A program made the translations under genes and the position numbers. DNA of 64,000 nucleotides from Patescibacteria group bacterium (GTDB lineage: Bacteria; Patescibacteriota; Microgenomatia; UBA1400; PJMF01): assembly GCA_016861085.1 (NCBI GenBank), contig BOKR01000001.1, positions 991,298-1,055,297 of the forward strand, read 5' to 3'. Each line of letters begins with the position of its first letter. Position 1 is the first letter of the stretch. The notes below the pieces were generated by a model, which saw only the letters and a list, made by a program, of their open reading frames with translations, ran no database searches and had not been told where the DNA came from. Of the stretch, positions 30,510 to 41,209 are shown in pieces.

Positions 30510-31529
30510 ATGAACTTGTTAATCACTGGCTCACTTGGTCTAGTCGGTTCGACTGCAACCGAATATTTCCTAAATAAAAATCATTCTATAACTGGTATTG
30601 ATAATGACATGAGGGCAGTCTTTTTCGGAAACGATGGTAGCACAACAACGCAGTTGAAACGATTCCTAAAAAATAGTAACTATACGCATACAGATCTAGA
30701 CATTCGCGATTATAAAAACCTAGAGAATATTTTCAAAGGCAACTCATTTGATGCCATTATTCACACGGCTGCACAGCCAAGCCATGACAAAGCCAGGGAA
30801 ATTCCACTCTTAGACTTCGAAGTTAATGCGTTAGGCACCCTCAACCTTTTGGAACTGACAAAACAATACGCTCAAAAAGCTGTCTTCATTTTCACAAGTA
30901 CTAATAAAGTTTACGGAGACAACCCCAACAAAATTGGCTTAAGAGAAAATAAAAAAAGATATGTATTTAAAGATAAATTGTTTGTTGGATTCAATGAATT
31001 GACCCCAGTCGATCACACTACACATTCACTGTTTGGAGCGAGTAAACTTAGTGCAGATATATGCGTCCAAGAATATGGCAAATACTTTGGACTCAAAACA
31101 ACTTGCTTACGGCTCGGTTGTATTACAGGGCAAGCACACTCTGGAGTAAAACTGCATGGGTTTCTCTCCTATTTAATTAAGTCCTTAAAAGAAAAAAAAT
31201 CATACGAAATTATTGGCTATAATGGTAAGCAAGTTCGCGACCAGATCCATGCATATGATCTCGCTGCCGCGTTTGAACAAATAATAAAAAAACCTGGTGT
31301 AGGGGAAGTCTTTAATCTTGGAGGTGGGTCTCAAAATACGATTTCCGTGTTAGAAGCTATTGAATTAGTCTCAAAAAAAATTAATATCGAGCCAAAACTC
31401 AAGTATACAAAAGCAAATCGAATTGGTGATCATATCTGTTACATTTCAGATATTAGAAAATTTCAAAAAAGATATCCCAAATGGAAACTAACGCAGAGCA
31501 TTGAGGATATTGTAAACGAACAACTATGA
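30510..31529 (+). CDS. NAD-dependent epimerase (CDP-paratose/tyvelose 2-epimerase-like)
   Basis: TGSLGLVG, HTAAQPSHD, STNKVYGD, SLFGASK, GKQVRD, RIGDH. Confidence 0.88.
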   Translation: MNLLITGSLGLVGSTATEYFLNKNHSITGIDNDMRAVFFGNDGSTTTQLKRFLKNSNYTHTDLDIRDYKNLENIFKGNSFDAIIHTAAQPSHDKAREIPLLDFEVNALGTLNLLELTKQYAQKAVFIFTSTNKVYGDNPNKIGLRENKKRYVFKDKLFVGFNELTPVDHTTHSLFGASKLSADICVQEYGKYFGLKTTCLRLGCITGQAHSGVKLHGFLSYLIKSLKEKKSYEIIGYNGKQVRDQIHAYDLAAAFEQIIKKPGVGEVFNLGGGSQNTISVLEAIELVSKKINIEPKLKYTKANRIGDHICYISDIRKFQKRYPKWKLTQSIEDIVNEQL

Positions 31530-32284
31530 AACAAGTATCTATTCTCTCTGTTCCTGTGACAGTGACAAATTATCTTGAAACTATTACTTTTGTTAAGCGA
31601 ACTATTTCTCAAAGAAAAAAAATATATATTTATGTAGCCGCAGTTCATTTAATAATGGAATGTCAAAAAAACCCAAAGTTGCTGAAAAGTTTAAAAGGAG
31701 CAGCTATTGTTACTCCTGACGGAATGCCACTTGTATGGATTTCAAAACTATTGGGAAATAAACTTGCGGGTCGAGTATACGGACCAAATTTGACCATAAT
31801 GCTCTGTAGATTGGCTGAACTGTCTGGTTTTACAATTTTTTTGTTAGGAGGCTCTACTGGACAGTCTAAGAATTTAGTGAGTACCTTGCAATCAAAATTT
31901 AAAAAAATAAATATCGTTGGGAATATTGATACACCAATCAGGCCTATCCCAAAAAAAGAGAATCAAATAATAGTTGATGCTATAAATAAAAGTAAGCCAG
32001 ACATTGTTTTCGTTGGACTTGGCTGCCCTAACCAGGAATTGTGGATCATGGAGAATAGAAGTAAAGTCTCAGCACCCGTTTTAATCGGAGTTGGGGCGGC
32101 ATTTGACTTTATTTCTGGGAAAGTTCAACAAGCCCCAGTGTGGATGCAAAATAGTGGTCTTGAATGGCTGTATCGTTTGATTCAAGAACCAAAGCGTTTG
32201 TGGAAACGCTACTTAATACTTAACACGTTATTTATATTTAAAATTATTAAACAAATACTTAAATCTTTTTTTGTAGGACAGTAA
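31526..32284 (+). CDS. WecB/TagA/CpsF family glycosyltransferase (GT26)
   Basis: PDGMP, FVGLGCPNQE, GVGAAFDF, GLEWLYRLIQEPKRLWKRY. Confidence 0.95.
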   Translation: MKQVSILSVPVTVTNYLETITFVKRTISQRKKIYIYVAAVHLIMECQKNPKLLKSLKGAAIVTPDGMPLVWISKLLGNKLAGRVYGPNLTIMLCRLAELSGFTIFLLGGSTGQSKNLVSTLQSKFKKINIVGNIDTPIRPIPKKENQIIVDAINKSKPDIVFVGLGCPNQELWIMENRSKVSAPVLIGVGAAFDFISGKVQQAPVWMQNSGLEWLYRLIQEPKRLWKRYLILNTLFIFKIIKQILKSFFVGQ

Positions 32285-32332
32285 CTCACTTAGAACTCGG
32301 GTCTCACCAAAAAAGATAGTATACTACATCGC

Positions 32333-33556
32333 ATGCGAAAAAAAATTCTCTTTCTAAGTCAAGTATATCCATATCCAGCGGATGGTGGCGGTAAAATTAA
32401 AACATTAAACTCACTAAAAACACTTGCTAAAGATTTTGACGTCTATGCAATCTTTATTTCAGAAAAAAAACCGCTCAAAAAAGATATCGAATATCTTAAA
32501 AAAATTGGAGTAAAAAAAATCAAAGTATTTTACAATCTAAAAATTTTAGCATCTGTTAAAGATGATTATCCTCATCTAATTATGAATTTCCTGAAACTGA
32601 GGCCACACTATGTATTTCAGTATACTTTTGCACCGGCATTTTCATATATAAAAAATGCTGTCAGTAGCTACAAACCAGACATCATACACATCGACCATAT
32701 TAATATTGCTCAATATTTGCCAAAAGAAAAGAATGAAGTCTGGATTCTTGAGCACCACAATCTTGAATTTTATCTTCTATGGACAAGATTTTTATACTCC
32801 TCCAAATGGTCAAGAAAACTGTATCTGCTCATCGAGTCAGTACTAACATATTTATTTGAATCAAAAAAAATAAAACAATTTGATTTTGTTTTTACTATTT
32901 CTCAAGAAGAAGCTGAAAGATCAAAAAGATTTTTTGGGATAAGAAACGTTTCAGCTCAACCTCTTGTGTACCCCACCATTACTATTAAGAAGAAATTGTC
33001 ACTCAATCCTCACCTCCTTTTCATAGGTGGTCTAGGTTGGCCACCTAACGAAGATGCCATAGAGTGGTTTATCAATCAAATGTTTCCAATAATTCTAGAA
33101 AAAATTCCAAACGTTGAGCTTCATGTAGTTGGTAAAGATAACCCCATTCTTACTCATAGGTTACCAAAACACACTAATATCTTTTTACATGGGTATCAAA
33201 AAGATATCACACCTTTTTTGCAAAAAGCAGATATTTTTATCTTGCCCTTCCGCATGGGTGGCGGGGTTAGAATTAAGAGCCTGACTGCTCTTTCTGCGGG
33301 AGTACCAATCGTGTCTACAAAGTTGGGTGTAGAGGGACTAAAAGTCAAAAATAATACACACTATCTAGAAGCAAACACTGAAATAGATTTTGCCAACAGC
33401 GTTATCACACTGCTTAAGTCAAAAAAAATGCAAGATAAAATGTCAAAGAATCAAACCGAATATTTGACTGAAAACCACTCAAAAAAATTGAATAGAAAAT
33501 GGCTGGATGAATATCACTTTTGGTCTACATATCCCCATAAAAAAAACCGTTCATAA
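32333..33556 (+). CDS. GT4 glycosyltransferase
   Basis: PYPADGGGKIK, HNLE, WPPNEDA, GGGVRIKSL, GVEGL. Confidence 0.9.
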   Translation: MRKKILFLSQVYPYPADGGGKIKTLNSLKTLAKDFDVYAIFISEKKPLKKDIEYLKKIGVKKIKVFYNLKILASVKDDYPHLIMNFLKLRPHYVFQYTFAPAFSYIKNAVSSYKPDIIHIDHINIAQYLPKEKNEVWILEHHNLEFYLLWTRFLYSSKWSRKLYLLIESVLTYLFESKKIKQFDFVFTISQEEAERSKRFFGIRNVSAQPLVYPTITIKKKLSLNPHLLFIGGLGWPPNEDAIEWFINQMFPIILEKIPNVELHVVGKDNPILTHRLPKHTNIFLHGYQKDITPFLQKADIFILPFRMGGGVRIKSLTALSAGVPIVSTKLGVEGLKVKNNTHYLEANTEIDFANSVITLLKSKKMQDKMSKNQTEYLTENHSKKLNRKWLDEYHFWSTYPHKKNRS

Positions 33557-34419
33557 ATCTTCAAAAAGATAAAAGATAAAATGCTTCTTCTTTTACCAAA
33601 GGAGAAATATTGTCTATATTCCTGCGGCCATCCCTTGAGAGATTTGAAATATGTTTTCCAATTCACATAGGGCAAATATACAAACTCATTAGAAATTTCC
33701 CATTTTTCAGCTAGTAATCTTGCTAATCTACCACGGTAATACCCTTTTTTCAGGAAATAAGTCATACTTGTTGTTTCCTCGTGCCAAATTTGCAACTGCT
33801 TTATAAACAATCCTTTTAAACCCTTAGACTGCATTGCAAATCCCATATCTGTATCTGCGCTATCAAACCAATCAATATGAATTTTTGTATCAAAACTCAA
33901 TCTATTTCTTTTTAGATCTGAAACTTTGAATATAATATTTTTCGTATCTACATTAAAAGGAGTTGTTAATACTCCACCTTGAAGCTTTTGCATAAACCAG
34001 TACTTTTGGTGGACGTATTGAGCTGTGGCAGTTGCACTATAAGAGTTCAGTACTTTTGAATCTCCAATAAAGTACGAATTATTGGGAAAAATCTTTACAA
34101 TCCTTTCTGCAACAGTAATCCAACTCTTATGAAGTACGCAATCATCGTCAACAAAAGCCAAGTATTTTGTTTTTACATTTCTTAGAGCCACATTCCTAGC
34201 AAAAGGGACACCTTGTTTTTTTTCTGATATGTATCGAATCTGTAAAATATTTGAAAAAGAACAAGCAACGCTTTTTGCACTTAAGGCAATATCATTATCA
34301 ACAATTAATATCTCTAAAGGATATGTAGTCTGATCTACTAAAGAACAAAGTAAGCGGTGTAGTTGTTCCGGCCTTTTTTTTGTAACGATTGCTAAAGTAA
34401 CTTGCCTTTTTTCATGCAT
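33514..34419 (-). CDS. GT2 glycosyltransferase
   Basis: IVDND, ARN, AFVDDDC, VDTKN. Confidence 0.9.
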   Translation of the reverse strand: MHEKRQVTLAIVTKKRPEQLHRLLCSLVDQTTYPLEILIVDNDIALSAKSVACSFSNILQIRYISEKKQGVPFARNVALRNVKTKYLAFVDDDCVLHKSWITVAERIVKIFPNNSYFIGDSKVLNSYSATATAQYVHQKYWFMQKLQGGVLTTPFNVDTKNIIFKVSDLKRNRLSFDTKIHIDWFDSADTDMGFAMQSKGLKGLFIKQLQIWHEETTSMTYFLKKGYYRGRLARLLAEKWEISNEFVYLPYVNWKTYFKSLKGWPQEYRQYFSFGKRRSILSFIFLKIYERFFLWGYVDQK

Positions 34420-35876
34420 AGCAGCGTAAGTACCCCTAAATATAAAAATAATAAATCAAAACTTGGATCTTGATTAAATAGTGTGTGAACTTGCGAATTT
34501 AGGATAAACCCTACAACCCCCAACCATATACCAAAAAACACGTTTTTTTTAACATACTTAAAACTCAATTGTAATATACCAAGTAAAAACAAAATAAAAA
34601 ATACAGTACTAGGAATTCCTAGCTCTGAGAAAAAAAGAAAGAAAGTGTTATGCACGGGAAACATAAAACCTCTTAATTCAGGGGGCAATAAACTTTGTTC
34701 GTTCATCATTCTAGTACTTAAATTCAGTCCAACCCCAAATAAGGGAAATTCCTTTATCATAATTAGTGCCTGTTCAATGAGAGCTATTCTGACAACTCCA
34801 CTTCCATCTGATAAAAATTCCGTAGTGCTTACTATTCTGAGCCAAAATCGTTTACCAAATAGAACTAAAAAACTGCTTATTCCGGCGATAAAAAATAGTA
34901 GATATTTACTGATAAATTCTTTTAAAAAAATTCTTTCATTAAAATACAAGTTGAGGAAAAAAACTATGAAAAAAAGTAAGCTTGAAAACCATCCGCTCCT
35001 AACAAAACTCCCATACAACGCTAGCAGTCCTAGAAGTACACAGATAGATGAAACCACAGTTGTACCTCTCTGTTTTTCTTGCAATGAGAAAATTGAAAAA
35101 ACAATGGCAAATGGTAACAACATGCTAACAAAACTAGCAAAAAAAGTTGGGTGTCCAATTAAGCCAGAAGCTCTGTATAAACTTTCCGAACCGTCTGAAG
35201 TAAGGTATCCCTGTTGTTCATAACCAGCTCCGTCCTCGAGGTACCAACCTATTGGCCCACCATTTTGATGTTGTAAAAAACCAACGTACCCATTTAAAAA
35301 TAGGACCAAAATTATCGATAGGAAAAAATATTTTACAAATGTTCTGTTTTGTAAAATGATAATCGTTATAAAAAATAAAAACACCGCTTGTAAGATTCTT
35401 AAAAATCCAAAAAAGCTTAAAAAGTAGTCACTGGAAAACACTGTGCTTACAAAAGCTAGTACAATAAAGCCTAGTAATGCAAAAAGTACTAGCATAATAT
35501 TCTGATTAAATGATTTTCTAAAGTAGAAAAATAATTCTGGAGATGAAATTAAAAAAAGTAGCAAAATTATAATTGATCTCAGACTTACACCGTAATACAA
35601 GCTAAAACCGTGCATCCAAAATTCCCTTCCCTGAGCCACAGCAACCAAATCCCATCCACGAATGCCTTTGTCAAATGAAAAAACAAATAGCAACGCAACA
35701 AATAAGACTTCCTTTATTGAAAAATCAAAAAGTAGAAAATTAAATGTTACAAATGAAGACACGATAAAAAGCAAGGTCTTTATATCGTGAACAAATTGAA
35801 GAGCAACAATATGTACTAAAAAAACAAAAATAAAAAATAGTGAATTACCTAGTAACTGTTTCAACTTCAGCAACAT
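34392..35876 (-). CDS. O-antigen ligase/polymerase-like membrane protein
   Basis: RASGLIGHP, SFVRSGW, PLFGVGLN, PVHNTFFLFFSELGI. Confidence 0.88.
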   Translation of the reverse strand: MLLKLKQLLGNSLFFIFVFLVHIVALQFVHDIKTLLFIVSSFVTFNFLLFDFSIKEVLFVALLFVFSFDKGIRGWDLVAVAQGREFWMHGFSLYYGVSLRSIIILLLFLISSPELFFYFRKSFNQNIMLVLFALLGFIVLAFVSTVFSSDYFLSFFGFLRILQAVFLFFITIIILQNRTFVKYFFLSIILVLFLNGYVGFLQHQNGGPIGWYLEDGAGYEQQGYLTSDGSESLYRASGLIGHPTFFASFVSMLLPFAIVFSIFSLQEKQRGTTVVSSICVLLGLLALYGSFVRSGWFSSLLFFIVFFLNLYFNERIFLKEFISKYLLFFIAGISSFLVLFGKRFWLRIVSTTEFLSDGSGVVRIALIEQALIMIKEFPLFGVGLNLSTRMMNEQSLLPPELRGFMFPVHNTFFLFFSELGIPSTVFFILFLLGILQLSFKYVKKNVFFGIWLGVVGFILNSQVHTLFNQDPSFDLLFLYLGVLTLLCMKKGKLL

Positions 35877-36711
35877 CTGTTATTTCTAAAATAATACTAA
35901 CTTCTGGAAAAAAAAGTGAAAGATGTTCACCCAACCTTACTACTTGGTGACCAGAAAAATAATAATTTTCAAAAAGTTTTTCAACTTGCATTCTTAAAAC
36001 CATGTCAACATCTTTAACTGTATAATCAGTTCTCAGGTTTATATTTGATGTATATTCGTTTTTGTAGAGGGTCGAGACAAAACTCTGATGTGTTTCTGAT
36101 TTTTCAACTACAGCGTAAACTTTTCCTGTGTATGGGTTTTTTATATCCATTCCCTTATAAATTGCTTGCGCAACCGGATTAGGAACTGCTTTCGCTACTC
36201 CTGATACCAACACTTCTTCAGTTTGGTTCTTATAATTTGTATCAAAAATATCTACAACTTGCCCAACTATAAATACGCTGTCGAAATGAAAATCAATTTT
36301 TTGACCTACTTCAATATTCTTGCCTTTGTACACTGTCCTGCCAGTACTAAAATTTTCAACTGTTTCTATTTGAACATACAAAAATACTTGGGCGTTACCC
36401 CCATTTCTTTCAAAGAAATCAATATCAACAATTTCCGCAACCACCCTTCCATCAGGACTCACCTCATAAGCACCAATTTGTAAGTCTTTAACGAGCCATA
36501 GCGGTGGTCTATAACCCTCAAACTGAGAATAGTTATTTGTCCAATCTTGTCCAGTAACCTCAACTTTAATGAGCTGCTGATGAAGCTGTACTTTTTGATG
36601 TTTAACTAATGAAACAACAAAAAATGAAACTACTAAAAGAACTACCAAAGTATAAGGATTCAGAAAGCGTAGCTTATTTTTTATATACTCTGATACAGTT
36701 TTTTTCTTCAT
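35845..36711 (-). CDS. Membrane-anchored beta-rich protein, DUF4330-like (two similar halves)
   Basis: N-terminal TM; YKGKNIEVGQKIDF and FSGHQVVRLGEHLSL repeats. Confidence 0.55.
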   Translation of the reverse strand: MKKKTVSEYIKNKLRFLNPYTLVVLLVVSFFVVSLVKHQKVQLHQQLIKVEVTGQDWTNNYSQFEGYRPPLWLVKDLQIGAYEVSPDGRVVAEIVDIDFFERNGGNAQVFLYVQIETVENFSTGRTVYKGKNIEVGQKIDFHFDSVFIVGQVVDIFDTNYKNQTEEVLVSGVAKAVPNPVAQAIYKGMDIKNPYTGKVYAVVEKSETHQSFVSTLYKNEYTSNINLRTDYTVKDVDMVLRMQVEKLFENYYFSGHQVVRLGEHLSLFFPEVSIILEITDVAEVETVTR

Positions 36712-36804
36712 AGTTTTGATTGTACAGAAAAGAAAAGGAAATTCAAAAGCAAATCATATTGCTTGCTAACTCTTTATGCTTAGGGTATATTCAGCCATGT
36801 CATT

Positions 36805-37605
36805 ATGAAAAATAGCCACTATGATTGGAAAAACTTACTTATCGAGCTAACAAAGAAAGAGATATCTGTTAGATACAAAAAAACATTCTTTGGTTTTTTA
36901 TGGATGTTCTTAAACCCACTTTCTCAAATGCTAATTTTAGGGATTGTTTTTCAAAATTTTGCGAATCTCTCAATAAAAACTGAGAATTACTTTTTGTTTT
37001 TATTTATTGGACTTATCATTTGGAATTTTTTTTCAAATACTTTATATACTACAATTCCCATTTATGTTAATGAACGGGCTCTACTACAAAAAAGCAAATT
37101 TCCGAGAGAAATCATCCTTATTTCAGTACTATTTTCCAATCTATTTCATTACTTAGTTTCCCTTCTTGTTCTTCTTTGTTTTATTAGTATCTACTTCCTC
37201 TTCAGCAATGGTATGGGCGTTGTATTGAATTTGATTATTAGAACACCACTCATTCTCCTGACTACAATCTGGCTTGGACTACTTACAACCGGTATTGGTT
37301 TATTTCTCTCGTCACTGAATGTTAAATATAGAGATATTAATTTTTTTACTAGCGCAGCACTGCCACTCCTGTTTTATGCCTCCCCAATCATCTGGGAACT
37401 CCATTTTGTTCCGAAAGCTATTTTACCGATTCTGTACCTAAATCCACTCGCCTCTATCATTGAAATAAACAGGTATGTTTTTCTAAATGAAGGATTAGCT
37501 TTTTCAAAAGGAATTCTTTTAGGATTAATTGTTACCATCATTGTACTAGCGCTCGGAATTTATATTTTCGAAAAAGAAAGTCCTTACTTTGACGATTGGC
37601 TATAG
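36805..37605 (+). CDS. ABC-2 polysaccharide exporter permease (Wzm/TagG-like)
   Basis: RYKKTFFGFLWMFLNPL, YRD, FYASPIIW, LNPL. Confidence 0.93.
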   Translation: MKNSHYDWKNLLIELTKKEISVRYKKTFFGFLWMFLNPLSQMLILGIVFQNFANLSIKTENYFLFLFIGLIIWNFFSNTLYTTIPIYVNERALLQKSKFPREIILISVLFSNLFHYLVSLLVLLCFISIYFLFSNGMGVVLNLIIRTPLILLTTIWLGLLTTGIGLFLSSLNVKYRDINFFTSAALPLLFYASPIIWELHFVPKAILPILYLNPLASIIEINRYVFLNEGLAFSKGILLGLIVTIIVLALGIYIFEKESPYFDDWL

Positions 37606-37606
37606 A

Positions 37607-38359
37607 ATGAAACCGAAACAAAAAAAACTACAAGAAATAGCGGTCAAACTAACGAAAGTGAGTAAAGTTTATACTGTAAAAACAGAAAAACCAACACTTG
37701 TTGAAACAGTACTAAACAAAAAGGGTATCACAAAATATACTGCTCTTAATTCTTTTGATTTAACTGTTCTTAAAGGTGAAAAACTTGGAATCATTGGTTC
37801 AAATGGTGCAGGAAAAACGACACTATTAAAAATTATTGTCGGAATTACACAGCCTCAAAGCGGAACTGTCACCGTAAATGGTAAAATTGTCTCATTGATT
37901 AATCTAATGGCAGGTTTTCACCCAGAGATGTCTGGTTTTGACAACATCAAGCTTAACGGACTGCTCATTGGTATGAGTGGAGCAGAAATCGAGGAAAAGA
38001 AAAATAAAATAGTAAAATTTGCAGATATTGGTGAGTTTATCTATGCGCCATTACATACCTACTCAACTGGAATGAAGTTGCGTCTTGGATTTTCTATAGC
38101 GGTTCACTCGGACCCAGATATTCTTATTCTCGATGAAGGGGTAAGTGCCGGTGATGAAAAATTCAGAGCGAAAGCGAACAATAAAATTCAAAAATTATTC
38201 AAACAAAATAAAACCATTATTGTCGTTTCACACTGGCTCAATTTTCTTAAAGAAAATTGTAATAGAATAATTTGGATGGAAAAAGGCAAAATAAAAAAAG
38301 ACGGCTCAACTAAGCTACTAGATGAATATCTGGCCTTTTATGCAGGAAAGAAAAAGTAA
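37607..38359 (+). CDS. ABC polysaccharide exporter ATPase (Wzt/TagH-like, no C-terminal CBM)
   Basis: GSNGAGKTT, YSTGMKLRLGF, LILDE, VSH. Confidence 0.94.
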   Translation: MKPKQKKLQEIAVKLTKVSKVYTVKTEKPTLVETVLNKKGITKYTALNSFDLTVLKGEKLGIIGSNGAGKTTLLKIIVGITQPQSGTVTVNGKIVSLINLMAGFHPEMSGFDNIKLNGLLIGMSGAEIEEKKNKIVKFADIGEFIYAPLHTYSTGMKLRLGFSIAVHSDPDILILDEGVSAGDEKFRAKANNKIQKLFKQNKTIIVVSHWLNFLKENCNRIIWMEKGKIKKDGSTKLLDEYLAFYAGKKK

Positions 38360-39844
38360 CACAACCCTTGGTTTGAAAATCATTCTGTGAAATGGAAGCT
38401 TCAAAGCTAATCGCATAACATGCAGTTCCACCAGAAATTTCCGAGCAAAGTAGCTGTTCTCGTCCCACCAATTCCCTTCACCTTGATAAGTTGCTATCCT
38501 ATTTAAGTCAAAATGCTTCGATAATAATTTGACTCTTCTGTTCACACCGAATGAAGAAAGATATTTCTCATTAAGTTGTAAATTAAAAATCCTGTTCCCA
38601 ACGTACATCAGTAGTTGAACTTCATCCCAAAACCCATACTGACTAGAAATCCTCTGTAACTTCTGCCAATTAATTTTGGTGTCTTCCGAAAGAATTTTCG
38701 ACAGTTCAAATATTTTTCGCAATCCATGAAAAAAGTCGTTTGCCCATAATCTTACAACTGAACTTAAAATGTAATATTCGATCTCTATTATCCCATCTTT
38801 TGAGTGAGATAAAATGTCTTTTGTTAGTCTCATTGTTTCTTTTCGTGTGAAAATCAAGTTTCTTGGAATTGAAGAATAGTAATGCAAATCTATGACAAGA
38901 TTGTGTTTATCATGAATCAACTGCACTTCCTGAGGAGGACAATCTTTCGTTCTGTATCCCAGAATATATAATGCAATCAAATATCTTTTTAAGTATCTTT
39001 TGCCGACAAGAATATCAATGTCATATGTTGTATTTTGTTTTAGTTTTATGTCACCTTGATATTTTTTCAATAAAACAAATCTAACTCCCAACTTTTTTGC
39101 TATTAAATGCAAATCATTTTTCAGCTTGTCCTTTTGCCAGTCAAGAAAAATATTCTTTTTAAAAAGATTTTCAATTCGTAACAAAAATTGATCTGAAAAG
39201 TAACTTCTACAATTTATACAATTTAAAATATGATTAAAATAAGTAATTGATTTGTTATTTTCAGCTATTTTAAATAACCGGTCTTCAAGTACAACATTCT
39301 GTTGAAAATCCCACTTACATTTCTTCCCCTTTTCCTTAGATATACTAAGTAAAAAATCGTATGATAAATCAATTCCTTTTCTATTTCTTTTTTGTGCAAG
39401 AATTTTTAAAATAACAACTTCGTAAAAAAAATAGTTGTGTACCAATTTGAAAATATATTTTCTTGGAATAGTTAGACTCATTAAAAATGAATATATTTGA
39501 AAAAAAGGTATGATCAGTTTTGAAATGAAAACTTCAAGATCTAAAACATATGCTCCATTCTTGATAACAGTAACAATTCCAATATAACTGCTGCCATTCA
39601 CAAGATCTCCGTCTTCTGTTAGATTAAAATCTCCTTTTACCTTCAGTAATCTGCCACTATCACCGTTAACTACTTTAGTAACCCTGTGTGATAAAAGGTT
39701 GCCTGTATAGTTTCTATATAAAACTATATCTCCAGATTGTACTTGAGAAAAAGGATAATCCAATTGAACTGTTAACCTATCCCCTGAAGAAATAAGGGGA
39801 AACATACTTTTTCCTGAAGACGTAATCTGTATATATTGTTTCAT
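38318..39844 (-). CDS. S24/S26 signal-peptidase-like domain fused to a nucleotidyltransferase (NTP_transf_5-like)
   Basis: SGKSMFP, GDIVLY, SHRV, KGDFN; C-half TYDIDILV, IDLHY; start moved to MKQYIQ. Confidence 0.8.
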   Translation of the reverse strand: MKQYIQITSSGKSMFPLISSGDRLTVQLDYPFSQVQSGDIVLYRNYTGNLLSHRVTKVVNGDSGRLLKVKGDFNLTEDGDLVNGSSYIGIVTVIKNGAYVLDLEVFISKLIIPFFQIYSFLMSLTIPRKYIFKLVHNYFFYEVVILKILAQKRNRKGIDLSYDFLLSISKEKGKKCKWDFQQNVVLEDRLFKIAENNKSITYFNHILNCINCRSYFSDQFLLRIENLFKKNIFLDWQKDKLKNDLHLIAKKLGVRFVLLKKYQGDIKLKQNTTYDIDILVGKRYLKRYLIALYILGYRTKDCPPQEVQLIHDKHNLVIDLHYYSSIPRNLIFTRKETMRLTKDILSHSKDGIIEIEYYILSSVVRLWANDFFHGLRKIFELSKILSEDTKINWQKLQRISSQYGFWDEVQLLMYVGNRIFNLQLNEKYLSSFGVNRRVKLLSKHFDLNRIATYQGEGNWWDENSYFARKFLVELHVMRLALKLPFHRMIFKPRVVLLFLSCIKGQIFI

Positions 39845-39924
39845 GTGACTAACTATATCAAACCTATTATAAGCAAATATTTTTAGTTCTGGAAATGCAA
39901 AACAAAATACTGTATACAAACCTT

Positions 39925-40929
39925 ATGAGTAAGGTGTCTGTAATCATACCAACAAAAAATAGACAAGAATATCTAAAAAAGAACTTGAATGCCCTCGTGA
40001 ACCAAACAGTTGCACCTGACGAAGTTATTGTAGCTGATAATGGTTCAACAGATAATACAAAAAAGATTATCAGTTCATTTAAAGATAAGCTTCCGATTAA
40101 GTACCTCTTGGTTAAAAAATCAGGGGTCACCCATGCTCGAAATAACGCTGTTAAAAAAGCAACACATGAGATCGTTGCTTTTCTTGATGATGACTGCGAA
40201 GCAAAAAATAACTGGATTGAAAAAATCAAGAAAAACCAACACTATCTTGATACCCATGTTGTCCAGGGAAAATCGATTAACCCTAATAAAAAAAATATAA
40301 TCGCCGAAGTTATGTACTTCTGCTCTGAAACAGGTGTTAGAGTTTGCATTAGTGAATCAAAAATTATTAATAATCAAATAGATAATAAACCAATTTTTTT
40401 CGATTTTCTTGACACAAAGAACTTGGTGATAGGCAAAAAAATCATTAAAAAAGTTGGTACTCTATTTGACAATAACCTTGAAAGTTACAATTATGGTGAA
40501 GATACAGAACTTGGAATAAGACTACATTCTATGGGTATTTCTTCAATATATTGTGAGGACATCAAAGTCGATCATCATTACATTGATAATCTTATGCCAT
40601 TTATCAAAAAAAGCTTCCTAGCGGGTAAAACACAAGTGGCTGTAACAAAGATAATTAAAATGAAGCACAAGGAGAGGTATGAAAATGAAAAAAAATATGC
40701 TGAGATTTTTGGCAATAAGGCAATGAAAAATATTGTTGGGAAGAGACTAAAAAATGTGAGAATAATTTCAAATGAGTATTTTAGAATATTATCAAAAAAA
40801 TATTCACCTTTGCGTATAATCACATTCAAATCATTATTTTATGGGCATATTCTTTTCAAAAATCTGGGAATTTACTACCAGAAGTTACTTTACTTATTTA
40901 TAAAACTACCCTATACTCACTCTCGTTAA
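39925..40929 (+). CDS. GT2 glycosyltransferase
   Basis: SVIIPTKNR, DNGSTD, AFLDDDC, LDTKN, GEDTE. Confidence 0.92.
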   Translation: MSKVSVIIPTKNRQEYLKKNLNALVNQTVAPDEVIVADNGSTDNTKKIISSFKDKLPIKYLLVKKSGVTHARNNAVKKATHEIVAFLDDDCEAKNNWIEKIKKNQHYLDTHVVQGKSINPNKKNIIAEVMYFCSETGVRVCISESKIINNQIDNKPIFFDFLDTKNLVIGKKIIKKVGTLFDNNLESYNYGEDTELGIRLHSMGISSIYCEDIKVDHHYIDNLMPFIKKSFLAGKTQVAVTKIIKMKHKERYENEKKYAEIFGNKAMKNIVGKRLKNVRIISNEYFRILSKKYSPLRIITFKSLFYGHILFKNLGIYYQKLLYLFIKLPYTHSR

Positions 40930-40932
40930 ATT

Positions 40933-41196
40933 ATGAAAAAATATAAGATAAATTCAAAATTAGTATATAAACAAGTATCAGACCAAGTCATCATCTTAGA
41001 TGAAGAAAGAGCTGAAGTCCGAGAACTCAATGATGTTGCAAGCCTTATATTCCTCAATATGATTTCTTGGACCACTCTAGAAAAAATTTCTGAAAAAATA
41101 TCAAAAGAATACGACGTTTCTCAAAAAGAGGTATTGCGTGATGTAAATGAGTTTGTTACTATGTATATAGATAAAGGTTATATATTAACCAAGTGA
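40933..41196 (+). CDS. PqqD family peptide chaperone / RiPP recognition element (RRE)
   Basis: 87 aa: ELNDVASLIF...ISKEYDVSQKEVLRDVNEFV...KGYI, the PqqD pattern. Confidence 0.9.
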   Translation: MKKYKINSKLVYKQVSDQVIILDEERAEVRELNDVASLIFLNMISWTTLEKISEKISKEYDVSQKEVLRDVNEFVTMYIDKGYILTK

Positions 41197-41209
41197 TTCA
41201 GAAAGGCAT

